A DNA stretch of 63,036 bases, counting the filler, from Vannella sp. (lineage: Eukaryota): assembly GCA_023345925.1 (NCBI GenBank). It is 6 parts of 6 records of this genome, joined end to end, with 100 filler letters (N's around TTAATTAATTAA, not from the genome) between each part and the next. Parts side by side here need not be neighbours in the genome. Positions count along the whole stretch, not along the records: positions 48,867 to 58,229 come from JAJQQN010000906.1; positions 58,330 to 63,036 come from JAJQQN010001000.1; 4 more parts are not named here. The stretch is one strand, 5' to 3'. Made by a program: the position numbers and the translations under genes. The notes beneath the pieces were generated by a model. It made no database searches. It had not been told where the DNA came from and saw nothing but the letters and a program-made list of their open reading frames with translations. This document shows positions 55,847 through 63,036 of this stretch, piece after piece. Each line of letters starts with the position of its first letter. Position 1 is the stretch's first letter.

Positions 55847-57218
55847 CTAAGCATCTTTCTTTGCATCGTACTCCTCAACACGCTGCCGTTTGGCTTGGTA
55901 GAGCTTCTGGCGCTTCGAGGACAGATTGCCGACGAGTTCTTCCACAGACGGGCCCAACGGGCGCTCTAGAAGAGGTACATACTTCCTCTTGCGTGAAGGG
56001 GCCTCTACAGTATCTGAGACGCTCGGTTGGAGGGTATCAAGCATGTGGCGCATGATTGTGGACTTGATTGTGAGCTCCTCCCATTGAGTTTGGAGTAGCT
56101 GAGTCACTTTGTGAACGACTACATCATCGTATACGAAAGAAAGATCGCCAAAGTCGCAGTCCCACAGGACCAGAGGCTGCTCCGGGGCCATGTGATAGAT
56201 TGGCTTGCGAGGGAACGTTCCCACATCTAGCATTCGTGTGATGACGTCTGGATCCTCTTGCCCTTTGCCCACCATGAAGAGAATAGCCACAATACAGCGT
56301 ACTTGATGCCAAAGGAAGCCAGATCCACGAAGGACAAAGGCGCACAGTTGGCGCTCATTCTCTTCTGATCCAGTTTGGACCGCTTCGATGTCAGCACCGC
56401 GTATCTCCCGTACAAAGCTGAGTACATTGGCAGCATCTATCTTGCAGAAGTTACGAAAGTCGTGTGATCCCACGAGGAGCTGAGCGGCGACGCGCATTCG
56501 TTCCACATCGAGACTGGAACGAAGGAAGAAGTACTTGTACTTCCGTTCAGTGCAGCTAAAGCGCGCAGAGAACTCTTTGCTCACTTCCGCAGCCGCGTAG
56601 ATCCTGATCTCCGAGGGCAGCAGCGAGTTGATCTTCAAAATGTAGCTTCTGAGCGAGATTGGAGGCAAGACGGGAGCAGCCTCTCCTTCAGTTGACGGTG
56701 GAAGAGGTTGTAAAGACCTCACATTCAGTGAAACGACCTGCGAGAAGGCGGACACGCCGATATCAGTCCGACCGCACCTTTGAAAGGAGACAGATTCGGG
56801 CAGTCCGAAGGGCCCATCGGCTGAGAGGAGGTGTTAGAACATTGAAGAGATACGGAGGATCACTTGGTCACCTTGAGAGTTCTCAGGGACAAGCTTTGCC
56901 GTTCTAAGAGCACGAAAGAGATGTTCCTCAATGGTATTGGCTCGGTCAGGTTGCTGGGCAAGCCCGTGCATGTCCCAACCCAAGTAGTAGAACTGGTGCA
57001 AGCTAAGAGTGAGTAAGGGATCCAGTAATGTGCACTATTCAGCATAGCGAGAGACGCACCTTGAAAGCGAGGTGGTGAGTGCCATAGCGCGTCCAATCGA
57101 CTTCCCCCGCCTTTCCTCGTTGCTTCTTCCCCTCCACACTCTTCTCTGACCCTGCCTTTCCTTGTAAAAGCATCGCAATGAGCTCCGCCTTTGTCCTCCT
57201 TTCCAAATCCTTCTCCAT
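55847..57218 (-). CDS. PUS3: tRNA pseudouridine 38/39 synthase (TruA family)
   Basis: RCGRTDIGVSAFSQV, FSARFSC..RKYKYF, GSHDFRNFCK, GFLWHQVRC, PLVLWDC. Confidence 0.92.
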
Positions 57219-57470
57219 CCCGATTCCCACCCGAAAATGACTCCTTTCTGTATTACGTAATGAATACGGCCATTTTCTTCGTGGTCATCAACAACAGCCA
57301 TGCCCCGTGCATCTGCAACTCCGCCCCTATCTTCACTCGCCTGTGGGAATGATCTCTAAGCCGTGCCCATTCTCTTCTCCAAGCCCCTCGCTTGTGGTCG
57401 GCGGGGACGACTCACCCCATCCTCAGAAATGGTCACCGATCGATGGTTAGTTTACGTAATACCTCCTACT

Positions 57471-58229
57471 TTAATTATCGATGGACTTGTCAGCTTTGAG
57501 AGAGAAGCGGCACTTGTGACGAAGGTAATAGCCGCTCCAGATTCGAAGCCATTCCTTTTGAGTCTGAACAGGGAGATAGTCATTGAGTTGCACGTATAAT
57601 GAGTTCACAAACTCTGCTTTGCAGTCAATCACATAAGACCACACCGAGGCAGTCTGTCTCTCATACTCGCGCCTCTCCTTGTAGCAAGTATACATAAAGG
57701 TGCCGAACTGACACGAATACACACAGTCGATTAAGTACAGAAGCAGATCCTCACCAAACTCAAACGCGCGTGGAAACTGTTGAATCAACTGCCAAACTGC
57801 ATCCAAGAAGAGAAGAAATGTGGCTGAGTGCTTGTCCGTGATCTTCTTGCCTGTGAAAGTTCCAAACGTGTGGCCAAAGTGCATGATGTCCTTTTCTATC
57901 AGCACACAGAACCCTTCAATCGTCCGATAGAAGGGGTCAAGAAGGAGCTGGGTGAATGCAGATAGAGCAGAAAGAGTTCCAACTCCAGTATCACTTTGAA
58001 GGAGGACAGGGTACTGTCCCAGAGATTGAGAAACCCTGTTAGCGACCTCCATGAACTGGGAGAGGAACGCGAGCCAATCAGTCACGGCCTGCTCATTCAA
58101 CAGTTCAGCAGAGTCCCCGATTGGCGTACTCCCGACACAAAGGCTTGATAGAGCCTTCACTCGATCCAGGATGAGCTGGTCTTCTAACCTGAGCGGGAAA
58201 ATAGTGCAGTTGTTGGCGTAAAAGTCATT
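57471..58229 (-). CDS. Myotubularin-related pseudophosphatase, 5' truncated
   Basis: QLLLDPFYRTIEGF..LIEKD..FGH, QQFPRAFEF, SCQFGTF; catalytic VHCSDGWDRT replaced by LQSDTGVGTL. Confidence 0.85.
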   Translation of the reverse strand, partial: NDFYANNCTIFPLRLEDQLILDRVKALSSLCVGSTPIGDSAELLNEQAVTDWLAFLSQFMEVANRVSQSLGQYPVLLQSDTGVGTLSALSAFTQLLLDPFYRTIEGFCVLIEKDIMHFGHTFGTFTGKKITDKHSATFLLFLDAVWQLIQQFPRAFEFGEDLLLYLIDCVYSCQFGTFMYTCYKERREYERQTASVWSYVIDCKAEFVNSLYVQLNDYLPVQTQKEWLRIWSGYYLRHKCRFSLKADKSIDN

Positions 58230-58329
58230 NNNNNNNNNNNNNNNNNNNNNNNNNNNNNNNNNNNNNNNNNNNNTTAATTAATTAANNNNNNNNNNNNNNN
58301 NNNNNNNNNNNNNNNNNNNNNNNNNNNNN
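58230..58329. other. Artificial contig linker
   Basis: 44 N + TTAATTAATTAA + 44 N. Confidence 0.97.
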
Positions 58330-58699
58330 AAAACTCCAAAATTTTGGGAGACGTTTGCCGAGCACTTTTTATTCTCCCAAAGGTGAGTTTGGTGGTGAAG
58401 GTGGATGATGACAAACTTGCTCCTTCTGCTGAAAAGTCATGAAGAAGACGCACATCCGGAATCTTATATGTGCATGTCTGATCACCTTGTCCATAACTTC
58501 ATCCTTTTCTTCTTACTCACCAACCTACAGGTTATCGTCTTCAATCAACAGGAGCAATAAACAATCAGTATTTACATATGTACAGTGTTGGCTATCGGTC
58601 CCCTTCAACTGGGAAAGTCTTTGACCTGGTTCGGTTAGCCTGCTGAAGGACATACGTGCGCACTAGATCTTTTCTCAGTCGCTTCTACGAGACAAGATA

Positions 58700-60527
58700 T
58701 TACTTACACTGACGAGCAACCGCCTTTTGAGCCACACAGCGGTACAGTTCTTGAAGTTCCGTTTGGCTCGACAACGAGTTGGCCTCGAGATAGAAGTCCA
58801 TAGCCTGAGTCTTCGCGAAGAGAGTAGCTTCTTCAAAACTGATAGCTCGAATGCCGTCGTTTTGGAGCCCAAGAAGACCAACAACAGTCTCCGTCCGATC
58901 GAAAGCGCGGATCAGATTGATCCAAGGTGATCGAAGATCCTCCATAGCCAGTCCCTCAGTTACATTGAAGGCCAGAATACACACATCAAGGTCACTGCAG
59001 TAAGCCTCCAGCATTCCAAAGTATCGCTGGCTCCCGCTAATGTCCCAAATGTGAAAGGGGACGAGGAGATCAGGACTTTCCAGGAGGACATCAAATGGTA
59101 GCATGGACACACCCAGTCTCCCATAAAGCTCATCTTCTGGTGGAGCATATCCTCGTACGCTCTTTTGAACAAATGACGTCTTCCCAGCACCGCAGGGGCC
59201 AAGGAACACTATTTTGTAGCTGTTAAGAAGCGTTCGGTGCGATCGGAGGTAGTTGCCACCCATTGCAATCTTTTCCAGCTCGGTTAAGTTCAAGAAGCAC
59301 CTGTCACACACTCTGCGTGGTTTGCCAAAGCCTTTGTGCTCCATTTTCATGCGATGGCTTCCACATTCTTTACAACAAAGGCATCCACAGTTCTTGCAGC
59401 GATGCTATCTTCTGGTCAATTCACTTGCCTTTTCATCACAGTGAGCTTACCTTTCGATAGGAGGAAGAGAAGATCACTTTGCACAACTCACAGAAACTCA
59501 CAACGGGCTCGGTTGGATTGTTCTCCAAAGATGTATCGGAGACCTTCCTAGGCGCTAGCTCAGTGGCTGATGCATATTGAGGCATCGTTTTGGTGTGAAG
59601 GGGAAGCAGGTTATGCTTCAAGCTGTGGAGGAATCCTGCTTTGCCTTTCCCCATTCTCCTCTTTTGCCTGGAATTGGGATTATGAAGAGGAGGCTCACTC
59701 TCTGCGGACATGAATATGATTTTTTGGACTTTTTGCTCTGAAGCAATGTGGGAATGAGACTGGGCAGACCGCAAGGCACCTTCAAAAGCCTGCCTTTCGT
59801 TCTTATCGATAGCCCTACCTCGAGGACGAGTTGTGTGTGATTCAGCCTCGGAGTCTTTCAAAGGGTTGCAAGAGTCTGCACTTGATCGGCGAATGAGATT
59901 CCTCCTCTGGCGATTGTCAGAAGTGCGAGAGGCTAAAGTCCATTCATGAGGCGTGGCAATCTGTTGTGATGCCGCTAGATGGGTCTTTCTTCCTACTTGA
60001 GAAGCCTGATTTGAACTGGAGCATGTCGCTCTCGTATCCACTCGCTTCCCCACAGGAACAGACATCCAAATTGACTCCTTTTCCGTTTCAAGCGGCACCC
60101 TTGTCTCTCCTTCATCATCTGAGAGCTCACTCGGAACGTAGGAAAAGGGAACGAAGAGACAACTCGTATCGGACTGTTTCCTTCGGTCGATTACCGGTCT
60201 CTTCCAGGCACTCGACCCTTCTGACAGACGCCCAGGCTCGTCCACTGGACGAGTGAGTAATAAAACCGGTCTACTTGAAGATCCAGAGCGCCTATGTCCC
60301 ACCCATTGGGGTGCCAGCGCGTCTCCTGCAGAGGAAAGAGGTTCCTCCTCCATTAAACTCGCTAGTTCGCGGGAATGCTCCTCATCATCCGAGGTAGCTG
60401 TTTCACTTGTACTCATTTGGTCAGAAGTGAACCCATCCCAGCTCCATTCATCTATTTCGCCCTCTCCTGAACTGTTTGGCAGATAGTGAATGGACACGAC
60501 CACATTCACGGGACACTCCCCCTCCAT
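58700..60527 (-). CDS. FYVE zinc finger fused to Rab-like GTPase domain
   Basis: CELC..F..RK|HRCKNCGCLCCKEC..RVCDRC; KIVFLGPCGAGKTS, WDISG; one intron ~59406-59450. Confidence 0.8.
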
Positions 60528-60595
60528 CCCCAAGAAGGGCAATAAATAATGAGGACGATTAAAAATGGATGGCTCGATGATGATCACTTCCTTTG

Positions 60596-62323
60596 ATGCC
60601 TTTCACATTGGATGTTGCTGTCAATCCCTTGGGTTGGGGTCCTTTGATGGCTCCTGAAGAACAGGGCGCGGTACCGTTTCTTCCTTTTGGTAGGAATGAT
60701 AAGCTGAATCGTATTGCGGACTGGACGACGCCCACTCATCAAGGACGCGCTGGTGAGGAAGCTCTCTCTCTCTCTTTTGCTGATCAATTCTGATCTTTGC
60801 TGGGCATGATAGGACGTGATGTTCAGTCTGCCTTCTCCTTCTCTGATGCAGATGATGGTAGCTTCACCATTGTTGACGACGTCACCTCTCAATCCAAGTA
60901 CAGTCGCACCAAGCGCTTTGGCAACAACCGAAACTCTCGCGCCTGGTCTAACAACCGCACGTGGACCAACACAACATCTACTTCTGCAAGTAGTAACGTC
61001 AATGCACGCCGGATGCGGCAACAACCACGTACCGGCAAGCGCTGGAGGAACAACGCTCATCGCTACAACCGCGTACGTTCACTCAGTAGCTCCCTTTAGC
61101 ATCTCATCATTTTTATATCTTTAATCGAGTCCTAACATCAGCGTGGGGGCTGCAGTACATCGAGAAGCGCACTTATGATCCTTCGGTCACCGTCAAGGAT
61201 GAGTGGACGCAAGTGGAGAGCATCGATCTCAATGCTCTTACTACTTTGGTGTTCGCTGCACCGGAAGCTGAAGATCTGGTGAACATTGGCAAGCTGAAAA
61301 TGCTCGATACGTCCTATCTTACCCTCCTCTCCAAGAACGAGAAGAGTTTGACTCGCAGAGATGAATCTGCCTTCTTTAACAAGACGGCTAGTGATGACGC
61401 AATCCTCCGTTCCTTGTCAGAGCAGGACCAGGGCACCGTCTTTGCCTCCGACTCGGTCTTAACTCTTCTTATGAGTTGCACGCGCGCCATTTACCCTTGG
61501 GACATCATTGTTCGTCGTGTTGGAAACAAGATCTTCTTGGACAAGCGAGAGGGCTCTAAGATCGATCTACTGACCGTCGGAGAGACTTCTCTGGAACCCC
61601 CTCTCAACGATAAGGACATGAACTCCGCTATTCCTTTGAGCAAGGAAGCCACTCTGATCGACCAGTACTTTGCTCGCCAAGTCGTCACCGATGCTGAGGA
61701 GCATTCCATTGACTTTAACACTGACTCGATCCCCAGCGACTTTGTCATTGGCAATTCTTATCGCGGCTATCGCTACCGCAGATGGGATCTGTCAGAAACC
61801 GTTCGAGTGGTTGCTCGCTGTGACGTTGATGGCGCTGATATCGATAAGAACGGTGAACAGCGCCTGATCAACATTAACGCTCTCAGCGAATACGATTCTA
61901 AGTTGACAGGTGGCATTGATTACCGTGCTCGCCTTGACAATCAACCTGGAGCAGTCTTTGCCAACGAGCTAAAGGCTAATGGCTGCAAGTTGACACGCTG
62001 GGCTGCCCGCAACATGCTCTCTGGTGTGGATAACTACATTCTAGGGTAAGTGAAGGTTACTAAGAGGTCAACTCCATTCACAATCCACCAGTTTCGTGTC
62101 CCGAATCCAACCAACGAACCCAAACAAGCATTCCGTCATCAAGGTCAGATCGTATAATCCCACCGACTTCAACACTCAAATCAACGCCAACGTCGATAAC
62201 TTCTGGGGCATTCTCAAAGCCCTCTCTGACCTGCTTCTCCAACAGAGTGAGGGAACCTACATCCTCATGAAGGAGCCAAACGACCCCGTCCTCGTCCTCT
62301 TCCGCGTCCCCAGCTCGAAGTAG
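60596..62323 (+). CDS. eIF3d: Translation initiation factor 3 subunit D
   Basis: NPLGWGP, PFGRNDKLNRIADWT, YPWDIIV..KIFLDKR, YRYRRWDL, ELKANGCKLTRW, KEPNDP. Confidence 0.93.
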
Positions 62324-62393
62324 TTGCAAAGACGTCCAATGGATGAATTGATTCGTCACCGATTCTGATGATTTGATTTCATTTATTTTCACC

Positions 62394-63036
62394 ATGCGGC
62401 TGGGTTGGGTCGCGGGCCTTCTCCTTTTGTGTGTGTTTGGCGTTGTTTGGGGCAGCAGTCAAGACGGGACTCCTGAGATTAGCTTGGTTGGGCAGAGTAC
62501 GTTCTAGCAGAGGATGAGGCCGCTTTCTGATCTTGCTCTTGTAGCCAGTCGGTGCTTTGTTCATGAACAACGAGGGAATGACACTCAAGCTTCCTGTGGA
62601 AGCAGCATGTCTCCTTGTACAACCATCAACCGATGCATAGAACAGATGAAGCAGTGCTGTTTCAATCACACCATTAGCATTATCGCGCAATCCAACCTTA
62701 CAGCGTCTGGTGGGAACTCTAGTGAGTAGATCCTATCCTCAGTGCTCCTATTACTCACACCACCTCAAGATATCACCATTGGTGAAGACATGGACTTCCC
62801 ATCCCTCTCCATCTCTTCTATCCAGCAATCAACAGTATGGGATCTTGAGAACCAGGTAACAGCTCGGCCTTCGTCCCCCCCTGAAACGTCCTCTCAGACC
62901 CAGTATTCAGGGATTTGCTTTGGCAGTGAACCTATCCCGAGAGTTCAGCCTTTCTGTGTCCTTCTTCGCAATCACCCGCTCATCAGAAAGCGCAATACGG
63001 GTGGAGGGAGGAGACGCCTTACTACTGGCGGTCACA
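62394..63036 (+). CDS. Unknown secreted/membrane protein, multi-exon, runs off window
   Basis: MRLGWVAGLLLLCVFGVVWG signal peptide followed by short GT-AG introns and N-glycosylation sequons. Confidence 0.5.

Noticed and set aside
35816..57218. RNA-modification gene cluster (CBF5, NOP2, PUS3)
   Set aside because: The genes lie on three different contigs; proximity is artificial
58330..58630. Possible 3' end of a plus-strand spliced gene
   Set aside because: Splice-like signals present but frame and product cannot be determined
1..63036. tRNA, rRNA, transposase, reverse transcriptase or viral hallmark genes
   Set aside because: None recognisable by eye; a covariance-model scan would be needed to exclude small RNAs

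Overview
Gene-dense eukaryotic DNA, most consistent with a free-living amoebozoan-type protist (inference from Roco kinase, twinfilin tail, Zn2Cys6 factors, MLO, ~45-65 nt GT-AG introns, intergenic gaps often <100 nt). The window is not contiguous: five identical 100-nt linkers (44 N + TTAATTAATTAA + 44 N) join six contigs, the four complete ones in descending length, so adjacency across linkers is meaningless. About 37 protein-coding genes can be read, several only after manual splicing. Best candidate for an undescribed system: a head-to-head module at 7314-11279 pairing a circularly permuted ATP-grasp amide ligase with a divergent HutD/Ves cupin that is possibly spliced in frame to an AstE/AspA (M14) zinc deacylase, i.e. 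a possible peptide synthesis/sensing/hydrolysis unit. Other highlights: a Roco kinase with a hidden N-terminal degenerate Rho-like domain, a 303-nt structured insert between 17-bp direct repeats, an LRR surface protein with one 69-nt exon per repeat, an MLO-EF-hand fusion, a mitochondrion-targeted EttA, ZIP4/TEX11, tandem PH paralogues with an unrecognised conserved N-terminal domain, and several pseudo-enzymes. Family calls are from motif recognition only; no database search was run.
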